NCBI GenBank assembly: GCA_965602015.1
Contig: OZ271918.1
Coordinates: 3,040,001-3,104,000 of the forward strand
DNA from: Salinispira sp.
Lineage (GTDB): Bacteria; Spirochaetota; Spirochaetia; DSM-27196; Salinispiraceae
Direction: 5' to 3'
DNA length: 64,000 nucleotides
The notes beneath the pieces are model-generated. The model was not told the DNA's origin, ran no database searches, and worked only from the letters and a program-made list of their open reading frames with translations. The first letter of the stretch is position 1, and each line of letters begins with the position of its first letter. Below, piece after piece: positions 49,392 through 59,572 of the stretch. Made by a program: the position numbers and the translations under genes.

Positions 49392-50492
49392 ATGGCAACA
49401 GTTGAACTGAAAAATGTCAACAAAGTGTATGATGGCGGTGTTCATGCGGTAAAAGACGCAAACATCACCATCCAGGACAAGGAATTTGTCGTCCTTGTCG
49501 GCCCTTCCGGCTGTGGCAAGACCACAACACTCCGCATGGTTGCGGGGCTCGAGGATATCTCCGGCGGCGAACTTTATATCGATGGCAAGCTCGTCAACGA
49601 TGTTCCCCCGAAAGACCGGGATATCGCGATGGTTTTCCAAAACTACGCCCTGTATCCTCACATGACCGTATTCGACAACATGGCCTTCGGCCTGAAGATT
49701 CGAAAATACGACAAGGAAGAGATACAGAAGCGGGTTGATGAAGCTGCTGAAATCCTTGAAATCAAGGAACTGCTCGAGCGGCGTCCGAAGCAGCTTTCCG
49801 GTGGTCAGCGCCAACGTGTTGCGGTCGGACGGGCAATCGTACGGCACCCCAAGGTATTCCTCTTTGACGAGCCCCTTTCGAACCTCGATGCAAAGCTTCG
49901 GGTTCAGATGCGCGCTGAAATTTCATCGCTGCACACCCGCCTTCAGGCAACCATGATTTACGTAACCCATGACCAGGTAGAAGCCATGACCATGGGCGAC
50001 AAGATTGTTGTTATGCGGGACGGTATCATCCAGCAGATCGGTGATCCTCTCACCCTCTACAACAAACCGGTGAACCGCTTCGTAGCCGGCTTCATGGGTT
50101 CTCCTCCGATGAACTTCATGACCATGGAAATCAAGGAAGAAGGCGGAAAGGTCGTAGCTGACGAAGGCACCTTCTCCCTCAACGTCGATGGAAAGAACGC
50201 CGACGCCATCAAGCCCTATGTAGGTAAGAGCATGGTAATGGGCTTTCGCGCTGAAGACCTGGTATTCTCCGATAAGCCCCAGCCCGGCAAAACAATGCCC
50301 GTGAGCATCGGCGTAATCGAGCCCCTGGGTGCTGAAACCCATGTATACGGAAACACAACAAAGCATCAAATGATTGCCCGGGTCGAGCCCCATATCACCT
50401 TCAATGTGGGTGATACGGCGAACTTCGCTCCGAACATGCAAAAGGTCATTTTCTTCGACATGGAAACCGACCAGGCAGTAAATCTCGACTGA
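49392..50492 (+). CDS. Carbohydrate ABC transporter ATPase (MalK/MsmX/UgpC family)
   Basis: [38 protein letters not shown] and a C-terminal TOBE domain. Confidence 0.96.
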   Translation: MATVELKNVNKVYDGGVHAVKDANITIQDKEFVVLVGPSGCGKTTTLRMVAGLEDISGGELYIDGKLVNDVPPKDRDIAMVFQNYALYPHMTVFDNMAFGLKIRKYDKEEIQKRVDEAAEILEIKELLERRPKQLSGGQRQRVAVGRAIVRHPKVFLFDEPLSNLDAKLRVQMRAEISSLHTRLQATMIYVTHDQVEAMTMGDKIVVMRDGIIQQIGDPLTLYNKPVNRFVAGFMGSPPMNFMTMEIKEEGGKVVADEGTFSLNVDGKNADAIKPYVGKSMVMGFRAEDLVFSDKPQPGKTMPVSIGVIEPLGAETHVYGNTTKHQMIARVEPHITFNVGDTANFAPNMQKVIFFDMETDQAVNLD

Positions 50493-50516
50493 TTGCTTGT
50501 CCAAGATCCAACTGCT

Positions 50517-50552
50517 AAAAAACGCCGTTCCGGTTTGGAACGGCATTTTTTT
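50517..50552. terminator. Bidirectional intrinsic terminator
   Basis: AAAAAAC-GCCGTTCC-GGTTT-GGAACGGC-ATTTTTTT. Confidence 0.85.
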
Positions 50553-50566
50553 ATGCCCGCTTGCGC

Positions 50567-51691
50567 TTACTCTCCAAAAAAATCTCTTTCGTTGGCAAAG
50601 CCCTCCTCTGCCAGAGCGCCCGGAATCCCCTCAAAGGGGGAAACGCCGTCGTTGCGAAGGGTATACAGTTTGATAATATAGCGAACCTCTCTCATGCGGC
50701 GACGGATTATTACCCTATCTTGCTCATACGTTCTGCGCAGGGTCCGTAAATCCAGGCCGGGCATAATTTCAGTGTTTCGGGGAGTGTCCCGGGACTCTTC
50801 GAGTAGCCGGCCAAGACGGATAAAAACCCGCTCCATCTGAATAAGCCGCATCCGCATATTCAATAGTCCGCCGATAACCTGCCGCTTCTCCCTCACACGC
50901 TCGGAAACGGTTCCGGTTATTCCGAGGCGGTCTTCATCCATCCATTTCTGAATAATATCGCGGTTATTGAGCAAACGTACGTAGGCTTGAATAAAGGGCT
51001 CTCTGAGTTCCACATAGCGGCGGCCGTAAAAACTCAGCAGCTCGACCGTCCGTTCTGATATCGATTGCTCCCTGGAGTTGTACCAGTCTATGAGAAACGC
51101 CTCGTAGAGAGTGGAGTCGAGACTGACGTTACGCCAGGGACTTCCAGAGATTTTTTCCACGATTTCCCCGGGGACACTATATAGGATTGTGTTGGATACG
51201 GTCCGGCATTCAACCCGACCTTCACGGACCGCCAGCAGAACATCATCGGCGATTGTGCTTATGACTGTAAACTCGGTTCCTCGTACAGCCATGGTTGCCT
51301 GTGCGGTTCGCAGCACAAGCTCGTTGCCGCCGGTGAGCCGTCCGGCGGTTATATCAACTCTCCCGGAAAGAAGCTCTATACTTCCCGGAACGCCTTCACT
51401 GAGTCCCGATATGTCGAAGTATAGGCTGGTATTGGGAGAGATGATGATCGCGGCGTGTATCCCGGTCTCGGGATAGAGGGCGATTTCCACCGTTGCTCCC
51501 GGTCCGGTTTCAAGAAAATCAAAGTTTTCTATTTGATCCCCGATTTGAGGACTGGGCATTCCCGCATTGTTTCTAACCAGCGAGACCGAGCCGCTGAGAA
51601 AAACGAGTTCGCCAATAATATCAGTCTCGGCAATAAGAGGCGTACCGAGCAGAACGATGAAAAGCACAGCAAGCCGGAACACTCTCCGCAT
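50567..51691 (-). CDS. Exported FecR-domain protein
   Basis: Signal peptide, LETG, TAQATMAVRGTEF and VREGRV. ATG 51691 with SD GAGGGG. Confidence 0.8.
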   Translation of the reverse strand: MRRVFRLAVLFIVLLGTPLIAETDIIGELVFLSGSVSLVRNNAGMPSPQIGDQIENFDFLETGPGATVEIALYPETGIHAAIIISPNTSLYFDISGLSEGVPGSIELLSGRVDITAGRLTGGNELVLRTAQATMAVRGTEFTVISTIADDVLLAVREGRVECRTVSNTILYSVPGEIVEKISGSPWRNVSLDSTLYEAFLIDWYNSREQSISERTVELLSFYGRRYVELREPFIQAYVRLLNNRDIIQKWMDEDRLGITGTVSERVREKRQVIGGLLNMRMRLIQMERVFIRLGRLLEESRDTPRNTEIMPGLDLRTLRRTYEQDRVIIRRRMREVRYIIKLYTLRNDGVSPFEGIPGALAEEGFANERDFFGE

Positions 51692-51815
51692 TTTCCCCCC
51701 TCGGCGGAAACCGTTACCGCCAACTCTCAATGTGGGCCTCAGCCATTGTACCATATGGCGCAAAGCTATCAAGCTCCCGGGTACCATGCCATAAAGTCAA
51801 GGAATGGAGCTCAGC

Positions 51816-51844
51816 TTGACAGTCTGAAGGTCTATGCATAGGAT
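51816..51844 (+). promoter_or_regulatory. Sigma70 promoter of hom
   Basis: TTGACA-17-TAGGAT. Confidence 0.65.
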
Positions 51845-51887
51845 GTTATGCAGTTTTTTTCGATAAATATGCAATCTCGGAGTACTC

Positions 51888-53243
51888 ATGAGCATAAAAA
51901 ATCCCTTATCCATGGCTGTGGCCCTAGTCGGCTGCGGAACTGTGGGAGGAAGCAGCGCATCCCTTCTTGTGGAGGACCGTGAAGAACGGCTCGGCCGCAG
52001 CGGAGTTGATGTGTATCTAAAATATATCGTCGATAGAAATTTCGACAATGCCAGGGCCCTCGGACTTCCTGAAGAACTGTTTACCGAGAACCTGGACATC
52101 GCCCTCAATGATGCCGACGTTGGAGTCGTAATTGAGTTGGTGGGCGGCACGGGTTTTGCCAAGGATTTGATCCTGCAATCCCTTAAGGCCGGGAAACATG
52201 TGGTAACCGCCAACAAGGCCCTGCTTGCCAAGCATGGAAATGAACTTTATGCCGCAGCCCGGAACGCCGGAGTTAGTCTCGCCTTCGAGGCCAGTTGCGG
52301 AGGCGGAATTCCGATTATTCGCGCCCTGGTCGACGGCCTCACGGCGAATAAAATCGACGCCATATTCGGTATTGTAAACGGAACCTGCAACTATATTCTC
52401 ACGGAGATGATAGAAAAGGGCCAGAGTTATGCCGAAGCCCTCAGTGAAGCTCAGGCTGACGGCTTGGCGGAGGCCGATCCGACCCTGGATGTAAACGGAA
52501 GTGATTCAGCACATAAAATCGCCATAATGGGATCCCTCGCTTTTGGCCAGGCTGCCGATCTGGATCTTATTCAAGTGGAAGGAATTGATACTCTGGAGGC
52601 CCAGGATGTTGCCTTCGGTTCTGAGATGGGCTACGTAATCAAACTTATCGCATCGGCGATTAAGACCCAAAAGGGGGTTTTCCTCCGGGTAGAACCGGCG
52701 TTTATTTCCCGGGATCATCCCCTTGCCTGGGTATCGGGATCCTTCAACGCCGTAAGCGTTTACGGGCACAGTGTCGGCCACACTATGTACTACGGAAGAG
52801 GCGCCGGGGGCAGCCCTACCGCCTCGGCAGTGGTCGCCGACGCGGTTAGCATCGCAAACGGCAGTTATCCGAGTATTTTCTCGACCATGAAAACCTGGCC
52901 GGACCTCACTGAGCCCGCCCGTCAGCTTCCCCCGGACAAAATACACCGCCGTTACTTCATCAGGCTCATACTCAAGGACAAACCGGGAATTCTGGCGCAG
53001 GCTGCGTCTATTCTTGCGGAGGAGGGCATCAGCGTCAGTTCCATTCTCCAGCATGAGGCCCCGGAAGAACCGCTTTCCGGACAGTCCCTCGACTCGGCGG
53101 TGCCCCTGGTTATTACCACGCACCGGGTACAGGAAGAGTCCGTCCGGAACGCGGCATCGAGAATTACGTCTCTGGACAATGTGGACCCGGCATGCAGCAT
53201 TATACCGATTCTCGACGAACATCCGGAATTTATCAGCTCCTAG
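51888..53243 (+). CDS. hom: Homoserine dehydrogenase with a C-terminal ACT domain
   Basis: GCGTVG, VVTANKA, EASCGGGIP, NGTCNYIL, AEADP and GAGGSPTASAV. Confidence 0.97.
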   Translation: MSIKNPLSMAVALVGCGTVGGSSASLLVEDREERLGRSGVDVYLKYIVDRNFDNARALGLPEELFTENLDIALNDADVGVVIELVGGTGFAKDLILQSLKAGKHVVTANKALLAKHGNELYAAARNAGVSLAFEASCGGGIPIIRALVDGLTANKIDAIFGIVNGTCNYILTEMIEKGQSYAEALSEAQADGLAEADPTLDVNGSDSAHKIAIMGSLAFGQAADLDLIQVEGIDTLEAQDVAFGSEMGYVIKLIASAIKTQKGVFLRVEPAFISRDHPLAWVSGSFNAVSVYGHSVGHTMYYGRGAGGSPTASAVVADAVSIANGSYPSIFSTMKTWPDLTEPARQLPPDKIHRRYFIRLILKDKPGILAQAASILAEEGISVSSILQHEAPEEPLSGQSLDSAVPLVITTHRVQEESVRNAASRITSLDNVDPACSIIPILDEHPEFISS

Positions 53244-53299
53244 GACCCTTCGGTTTATCGGAGATTCATCGGCCGCATTGGTCTGGACATCGGGCTTAG

Positions 53300-53328
53300 T
53301 TGACCGCGGATTTTGGCTATGGTACAAT
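53300..53328 (+). promoter_or_regulatory. Sigma70 promoter with an extended -10
   Basis: TTGACC-17-TACAAT, with TGG directly before the -10. Confidence 0.7.
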
Positions 53329-53386
53329 TTTTATCATTTCTTAGGGTAGCGCCACATCAAAACGACAAACGAGGCCGGTATACCGA

Positions 53387-53689
53387 ATGGAGTCCACAAA
53401 AGTGCATTGCGCAAACTGCCAAAACTGCAAAATCGTCGTTAATGATGAGCGGGATGCCAGGCGCCTGCGGGTGCGTTGCGCGGCCGGGATGTGGCTAACC
53501 CGCGGCGGTTCTGAAAAATACTATAAATATTTTACCGTTGCCCGTAGAGAACAGGAAGCATGCGCCCATTACAATCCCATGGGAGATCCTGAAGAGTACC
53601 TGCGCGACTTAAAAAGAAATTTGCCGATTCAGGATGAGCTCTACGATCCGAAAACCATGAAGGCCCTCGATACCGAGACCCTTCTGTAA
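53387..53689 (+). CDS. Small Cys-rich hypothetical protein
   Basis: CANCQNC...RCAAGMW...CAHY; own promoter and SD GAGG. Confidence 0.75.
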   Translation: MESTKVHCANCQNCKIVVNDERDARRLRVRCAAGMWLTRGGSEKYYKYFTVARREQEACAHYNPMGDPEEYLRDLKRNLPIQDELYDPKTMKALDTETLL

Positions 53690-53728
53690 CATGCTCTTCA
53701 AAACGGGGTTTGAAGCTACGAGGATAAC

Positions 53729-54127
53729 ATGAAAAATACAAAAACCATCGCCATACTGTTCGCGGTCATCATCACGGGTCTTCTTCTCGCTGCCTGCCAA
53801 ACTGTTCCCCAAGACATCCCGGAGGGAATCAGTCAGCAGGAGTTTTTTCAACGGGCCCAGGAGTTCACCGACGACCTCAATTATGATGCCGCACTGGTCT
53901 ATCTCGAGGAATTCAAGATCCGCTATCCGGAAGACCAATTCAACGGTCTGGCTGCGGATTATCAAATTGCCCTAATCAATTACAAGCAAAATAATTTTCG
54001 CGATGCCCTGACCCAGTTCCAGGACATTATTGAGCGGTACGAATCGGCTGAGGCGGGAACGTATCCCGAGTGGGTAAATGTGCTCAGCCAGAGGCTTTTG
54101 GAGAAAATCGAAGAAAACCAGGGGTAA
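53729..54127 (+). CDS. Small TPR lipoprotein (BamD/YbgF-like)
   Basis: Lipobox LAAC; FQRAQE...YDAA...F...YP TPR pattern. Confidence 0.75.
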   Translation: MKNTKTIAILFAVIITGLLLAACQTVPQDIPEGISQQEFFQRAQEFTDDLNYDAALVYLEEFKIRYPEDQFNGLAADYQIALINYKQNNFRDALTQFQDIIERYESAEAGTYPEWVNVLSQRLLEKIEENQG

Positions 54128-54159
54128 TCCCCGCACAAGAAGCAACCGTGTTTTTTGCC

Positions 54160-55317
54160 CTAATGCGGCAGAATAATAACGTGAACACCCACCGCGAGCT
54201 CTGCCGCCTTTACTTCTACCATTTCTGCGGTTACATTGCCCCTGGGTCGAGGATGGGGCGGCGCATCTCCGATGAGTATGATTTTCCGGTTATCAGCTAA
54301 CCAGTCGAACTCTGTCAGGGCGGCGTAAAGGGCTTCGTTAACGGCTTCTGGAATATCCCGTCCTCCCGCAGGGCGAATGCGGTCCAGTACCCACTGAATT
54401 CGATCAACCCCGGTTTCGAAGCGGCTGACCCGATAGAGGTACTCCTCCAGATAGTCCCGGTAATAGACGAATCCGACTCGAACCTGTTCGAAACCTGCAC
54501 TGTGCTCCTGCACCAGTGAAGTGAGATTCTCCCGGAGCCAGGGCATATCGTTTTTCATCGATTCCGTACTGTCCAGAGCCAATACCAGATCGAGCATCCG
54601 CCCTTCTTCTCCGTTCAGTATGTCTTCAATCTGGTTGAGGATGTCCTCTTCCCCTTCGGAGTACAAAACCCGACCGTCAGTGGATTCGGCGATTCTCGAA
54701 AAGCTGTCGACGGTCTCAGCCATGTAATTACCTTCGGGCGGACCCTCAGCGGGTCGCTGGGTTACCCGGATTATAAACGGATTGTCCTGGAAACCGCCCC
54801 GGTAATCGGCATAGGGGAACTCAAACGCCCGCACAGACAGGTAGGTGCCGTCAAGGACCTGTAGTTCCCCGTTTCGGGTCCATTCATATCCGAAAACGAC
54901 TACATAGGGAATAAAAATCCGAAACGCCTGCCCGAACTGCTCATCCGGAACTGGTGTGGAATCGATCAGAGAGTACAGTCCTTCATTATCGAGGATCTCT
55001 CCGTCCAGCATACGCAGCTCATCTCCGTTTTCCGGATGATATCCGGGGTTTCTTAGAGAGTAACTGGCGACTTCCCGTTCGGGGTCTTCGGTCGATTCTG
55101 TGAGGAGGATGGATTGCATCTCGGGCTTTTTTCGTACATAGAGGTAGTATCCGCCTTCAATGGTCTGCTCGATGCGCAGGTCATCGACCCGAACAGAGAG
55201 GTCTTGTGCGGAGATGGCGCTCCAGGCGGAAAGACTCAACAGAGCAATGAGGATGACTGTTCGAATAGCGGGGAATTTTTCGAGTGTCCGTTGTACATAC
55301 TGCCTTTCGGTCCTCAT
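54160..55317 (-). CDS. Exported von Willebrand factor A domain protein
   Basis: Signal peptide; LVLALDSTESM, YRDY, GGRDIPEAV and IGDAPPH. Confidence 0.88.
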   Translation of the reverse strand: MRTERQYVQRTLEKFPAIRTVILIALLSLSAWSAISAQDLSVRVDDLRIEQTIEGGYYLYVRKKPEMQSILLTESTEDPEREVASYSLRNPGYHPENGDELRMLDGEILDNEGLYSLIDSTPVPDEQFGQAFRIFIPYVVVFGYEWTRNGELQVLDGTYLSVRAFEFPYADYRGGFQDNPFIIRVTQRPAEGPPEGNYMAETVDSFSRIAESTDGRVLYSEGEEDILNQIEDILNGEEGRMLDLVLALDSTESMKNDMPWLRENLTSLVQEHSAGFEQVRVGFVYYRDYLEEYLYRVSRFETGVDRIQWVLDRIRPAGGRDIPEAVNEALYAALTEFDWLADNRKIILIGDAPPHPRPRGNVTAEMVEVKAAELAVGVHVIILPH

Positions 55318-55359
55318 ACTATTTACTATCGGCGATGTAATTATTTCTATAAGGGTATT

Positions 55360-55908
55360 TTACGGTGGAAGCGCGCCCAGAACCGCGGGGAACTGCTGCC
55401 GGCCGGGCCCAAGCTCCCGGTAAAAATATTCAGCCAAGGGAAAAAACACATCGAGAAACTCGCACAATAGTCCCTTTTCATCGCGATTGACCAGCAAAAC
55501 GGTGATATCCCGGGTTGCCGTTAGACTGTACAGATTCCGGCCCGCGCTTGTGGAGTAAACTCTTCGCCCGGGACAAAGGCCGTCGCTCGAGCGCCACGGC
55601 GGCAGTTCATTGCTTTGAAGAGCGCGATTGCGCAACAGCACGGTTATCGGCTGTTGGCGAAAAACATAATCAGCCCGGTACCAGGTGCCGCCCAAATCGC
55701 CGACGGCGGTGCGAATCGCCTCAGTGTTTCCGCCGGAACCCTCTCGGTCATCAGGCCCGCTAAACAGGATGGCTGCCGCCTCACCGCCGCCCGGGGCGAC
55801 GCTGGCCAAGAAACCCTGGATATTTTGAATTTCCGGCGGCGTGGAGTATAGCCCCGTGTCAAAAAGCAATAAGGTTACCAGAAGTAAAAACCGGGTGCTG
55901 CGTTTCAT
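55360..55908 (-). CDS. Hypothetical exported protein
   Basis: MKRSTRFLLLVTLLLF signal-like start after TTGTCT-17-TATACT-6; no recognisable domain. Confidence 0.55.
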   Translation of the reverse strand: MKRSTRFLLLVTLLLFDTGLYSTPPEIQNIQGFLASVAPGGGEAAAILFSGPDDREGSGGNTEAIRTAVGDLGGTWYRADYVFRQQPITVLLRNRALQSNELPPWRSSDGLCPGRRVYSTSAGRNLYSLTATRDITVLLVNRDEKGLLCEFLDVFFPLAEYFYRELGPGRQQFPAVLGALPP

Positions 55909-56001
55909 GATAGAAGTATAGCTGTTTTTTTCTATACAGACAAAATCCCGCATAATCGAATCAAATCCTTTCCTTCTGCAGTAATACAGCGGGAGGCATA
56001 T

Positions 56002-57090
56002 ATGAGTATCGCTCAACGCTGGAACTATATGATTCGTTCGTTATATCGTTCCAACATATCGCTCTTTTTTTTGACCCTCACGCTGTTTGGGGCATGCGTG
56101 CCACTGTATCAACGGCTTCAATCTTCTCATGATGTAAGCTCGCCGGTTTTATTGGAATACGCCCTCAATGGGGCGCAAACCATAACTATGGAGTTCTCCG
56201 AGCCGGTTATTCCCGGCGATGTCCAGGAGTATGAGATAAGCGGCGGACACGTCGTTAGTATAGATGCGGCAGAAACTGTGGTGAAATTTTCTTTCAGCGG
56301 ATGCAACGAGCCGGGAACCCGATATGCGCTAAGCGGACGGGTTGAGGACCTGAAGGGGAACGAGTTGTGGTTTTCCCTACCATTTTACGGATATAACGCG
56401 TCACCGCCTGAACTGGTAATCAATGAAATAATTGTTGAAAACAGCTCGTCACGATATGAAAAAATGGAACTCTATGTCCTACGCGGCGGAAACCTCGGAG
56501 GAATCACTATATACAACGGGTCCCCCGGGGAACACCGCAGCCGTATGATTTTTTTGCCGCAGGATGTCGAAACAGATGAGTATATGGTGATTCATTTTCG
56601 AAGCGATGAAGCTATTGATAACCTCATCACGGAGATTGACGAGTACGGGGAGTCGGAAACAGCCATGCTGAATACCGCCACCAGCGCTCAGGCGACGACA
56701 TCGGTTCGGGATTTTTGGGTCAGAGGGTACCAGGGGTTAAGCGACAGCAATGGCGCGGTGTGTATAGCTTTAAATCCCGATATTCGAAGCCCTATTCTCG
56801 ACGCCTTCCTGTGGAGTAACAGGAATTTCGATCCCGACGCCGTGCACGGGAGCTTCGGAACGGCCTTCACGTATAATGTTATGAGGGATTTGCAGTCCTC
56901 GGGGGCTTGGGAAATCGGCCATGAGGTTATTCGGCCGGAAGACTGCTACCGATCTGAAGACAGTACCTCCACCAGAAGCATCAACCGCGCAAGTCCGCAT
57001 AGAGACAGCAACTCAGTTTTTGATTGGCATATTTGCCCTACCGGGGAGAGCAGCTTTGGATGGGAGAATAGCACAGAAGAGTATCAGTGA
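56002..57090 (+). CDS. Lipoprotein with Ig-like and lamin-tail-like domains
   Basis: Lipobox FGAC; FSEPV...VEDLKGN; LVINEI...MELY; SINR...DSNS..DW...S.G..N. Confidence 0.7.
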   Translation: MSIAQRWNYMIRSLYRSNISLFFLTLTLFGACVPLYQRLQSSHDVSSPVLLEYALNGAQTITMEFSEPVIPGDVQEYEISGGHVVSIDAAETVVKFSFSGCNEPGTRYALSGRVEDLKGNELWFSLPFYGYNASPPELVINEIIVENSSSRYEKMELYVLRGGNLGGITIYNGSPGEHRSRMIFLPQDVETDEYMVIHFRSDEAIDNLITEIDEYGESETAMLNTATSAQATTSVRDFWVRGYQGLSDSNGAVCIALNPDIRSPILDAFLWSNRNFDPDAVHGSFGTAFTYNVMRDLQSSGAWEIGHEVIRPEDCYRSEDSTSTRSINRASPHRDSNSVFDWHICPTGESSFGWENSTEEYQ

Positions 57091-57094
57091 AAGT

Positions 57095-57122
57095 AAAAAA
57101 CCGCCTGCATTCGCAGACGGTT
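57095..57122 (-). terminator. Terminator downstream of trxA / trp operon
   Basis: Minus strand CCGTCTGC-GAAT-GCAGGCGG-TTTTTT. Confidence 0.75.
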
Positions 57123-57175
57123 CGGAGCTGCTGGAGCCTCAATGTCGTGGCCTGCGCTGTTGGCGTACGGCGAAT

Positions 57176-57499
57176 CTATAGCAGGTCGGAGACCAAAGCC
57201 TCAATGGTTGCCTTGGGGGCAGCGCCGACGTGCTGCTTTACCATTTGGCCGTCTTTAAAGAGCAGCAAGGTGGGAATACTGATAATATTATATTTCGTTC
57301 CGATTTCGCCATGATCGTCTACATTAAGCTTGCCTATTTTGAGACGACCATCGTAGGTCTCGGACAGTTCCTCGAGAACCGGGGCAATCATCCTGCAAGG
57401 CATACACCATTCGGCCCAAAAATCTACAATCACCGGTACATCGGACTTTATAACTTCGGCCTCGAAATTATCGGTGGTTAGCGTCACTTCCTTACTCAT
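57176..57499 (-). CDS. trxA: Thioredoxin
   Basis: VDFWAEWCMPC and SIPTLLLFKDG; SD AGGAGG. Confidence 0.97.
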   Translation of the reverse strand: MSKEVTLTTDNFEAEVIKSDVPVIVDFWAEWCMPCRMIAPVLEELSETYDGRLKIGKLNVDDHGEIGTKYNIISIPTLLLFKDGQMVKQHVGAAPKATIEALVSDLL

Positions 57500-57557
57500 G
57501 TACACCTCCTGGGTTTGCAGTTGACCCTTAGAAGGGTAAAGAATTACCGGTCTTAGG

Positions 57558-58322
57558 TCAATTGCGCCCGGCCCGCAGGTCCCGAATAAGCATTTTCACC
57601 GCATTCGGACCGATTTTGCCCTTATACCCCTGGTCATGAGCCCGCAGAAAAGCCGATCCGACCACCGCGGCATGGGCATTTCCTTGCAGCACCTTCACCT
57701 GATCCCCGCTGCTGATGCCGAACCCTGCAAGTATTTTTGCCCCGCCTTCAGCTGCTTTGTGCAGAAACTTTATATTGGCATCCCCGAGAGATGTTTTCTC
57801 TCCGGTGATGCCCTTCCGCAATGCGCAGTATACAAACTCGCTGCGGCTTTCCACGGCCAATGAAATCCTGTCCTCCCGCGAACTTGCGGCAAGAACGGGA
57901 ACCAGTGTGAGCCCGGCAGCTTCCGCCGCGGCCCTCAAACCTTCATCGCTATCCAAAGGGAGATCGGGCACAATGAGGCCCCTAACCCCCCTCTGCGACG
58001 CTTCACGGCAAAACGAGTCGATTCCTCGGGTGAATATAATGCTGGCATAGGTCATGACAAACAGCGACGCGCGATTATTTTTGAGGGATTCACTCCTTTC
58101 CCTGAGAGACCCGATGAAGTCGAATCCCCGGTCGACGGAGAATCCGCTTTTTAAGGCCTTCTGACATGCCGCCTCTATAACCGGACCGTCTGCTCCAGGG
58201 TCGGAAAAGGGGAACTGGATTTCGAGATACTCCGCCCCTTCCCCGAGCATCGCCAAGGCTATCTCGCGGCTGGTTTCTTCGTCCGGGTAAAAAGGAATCA
58301 TGTGCGCCATCAGTGAAATCAT
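57558..58322 (-). CDS. trpA: Tryptophan synthase alpha chain
   Basis: EIQFPFSDPGADGPVI, VPDLP, GFGIS and VVGSA. Confidence 0.96.
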   Translation of the reverse strand: MISLMAHMIPFYPDEETSREIALAMLGEGAEYLEIQFPFSDPGADGPVIEAACQKALKSGFSVDRGFDFIGSLRERSESLKNNRASLFVMTYASIIFTRGIDSFCREASQRGVRGLIVPDLPLDSDEGLRAAAEAAGLTLVPVLAASSREDRISLAVESRSEFVYCALRKGITGEKTSLGDANIKFLHKAAEGGAKILAGFGISSGDQVKVLQGNAHAAVVGSAFLRAHDQGYKGKIGPNAVKMLIRDLRAGRN

Positions 58323-59572
58323 ATCCGGCCTCCTTGTGCTTCAGCTGCACCGCGTATTTCGGTAAACTCCCTCTGCATAAAATCCGCCCATTCTTCGGGC
58401 TGGATCGCCTTTGCGGTAATAAAGATATCCTTGTCGCCCCGGCCGGACATGTTAATAATCACCGCCTTGTTTTTTGGCAAGTCGGCGGCGAGCCGTAAAC
58501 CGTACGCTGCGCCATGAGCCGATTCGAGGGCGAAAATCACCCCCTCTTTCCTCGCCAGGCTTTGAAGGGCTTCAAGGGCTTCGGCATCGCCTGCGGAGTA
58601 AAACTCAACACGTCCGGTGCTGCCCAGGTGGGCCAGCTGCGGGCCTATGCCCGGGTAATCCAGACCAGCGGAAATCGAGTGGGTGTGCTGGACCTGGCCG
58701 TCGTTATCCACCAGAAATTTACTCTTGTATCCCTGGACTATTCCGGTGCGGGCCTCGCCGGTCATCCTCACGGCATGCTCACCAATGCCCATACCCCTGC
58801 CGCCGGCTTCGACGCCGATGAGCCGTGGCCGTTCCCGCTCAATAAAGGGAGCGAAAAAACCCATTGCGTTTGAGCCGCCGCCCACGCATGCCACCAGAGC
58901 TTCCACATCGATGTCCCGTTCGCGAATTTGCTCATCGACTTCCCGGCCGATTACCGCCTGAAATTCCCTGACCATGTCCGGAAAAGGACTTGGACCCAGG
59001 GCGGAACCAATGAGGTAATGGGTATCATCAAAGCTCGCTGCCCAGTCCCTGAGTGCTTCATTTACCGCGTCTTTCAGGGTTCGGCTGCCGGTCTTCACCG
59101 GTTCGACCCGGGCGCCGTAGAGCTCCATGGAAAACACATTCGGTCGTTGCCGGGCCATATCGACCTCACCCATGTATACCGTGCAGGGCAAGCCAAGCTT
59201 GGCACACACCGCGGCCGTTGCCACGCCGTGCTGACCGGCTCCTGTTTCGGCTATGATGCGGGTTTTACCCATTCTTTTGGCCAGAAGGGCCTGGCCCAGG
59301 GCGTTGTTGATTTTATGAGCGCCTGTCGCCGCCAATCCTTCCTGTTTTATGTAAATCTGTGCGCCCCCGATTTCCCTGCTCGTATTTTCCGCATACAGCA
59401 GTGGTGTCGGCCGCCCAATGAACTCTTTTTGCAGAAGGCTTATCTCGTCGAGGAAGGCCTGGTCAGCCATGGCATCAAGATAGGCCTCTTCCAGATCGTC
59501 AAGGGCTCCTCTGAGCACTTCGGCCACATAGCGGCCGCCGAACTCTCCAAAATAATTATTATATATCTGCAC
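58319..59572 (-). CDS. trpB: Tryptophan synthase beta chain
   Basis: TGAHKINN, AETGAGQHG, GGGSNAMG, SISAGLDYPG and SGRGDKD. Confidence 0.99.
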   Translation of the reverse strand: MQIYNNYFGEFGGRYVAEVLRGALDDLEEAYLDAMADQAFLDEISLLQKEFIGRPTPLLYAENTSREIGGAQIYIKQEGLAATGAHKINNALGQALLAKRMGKTRIIAETGAGQHGVATAAVCAKLGLPCTVYMGEVDMARQRPNVFSMELYGARVEPVKTGSRTLKDAVNEALRDWAASFDDTHYLIGSALGPSPFPDMVREFQAVIGREVDEQIRERDIDVEALVACVGGGSNAMGFFAPFIERERPRLIGVEAGGRGMGIGEHAVRMTGEARTGIVQGYKSKFLVDNDGQVQHTHSISAGLDYPGIGPQLAHLGSTGRVEFYSAGDAEALEALQSLARKEGVIFALESAHGAAYGLRLAADLPKNKAVIINMSGRGDKDIFITAKAIQPEEWADFMQREFTEIRGAAEAQGGRI

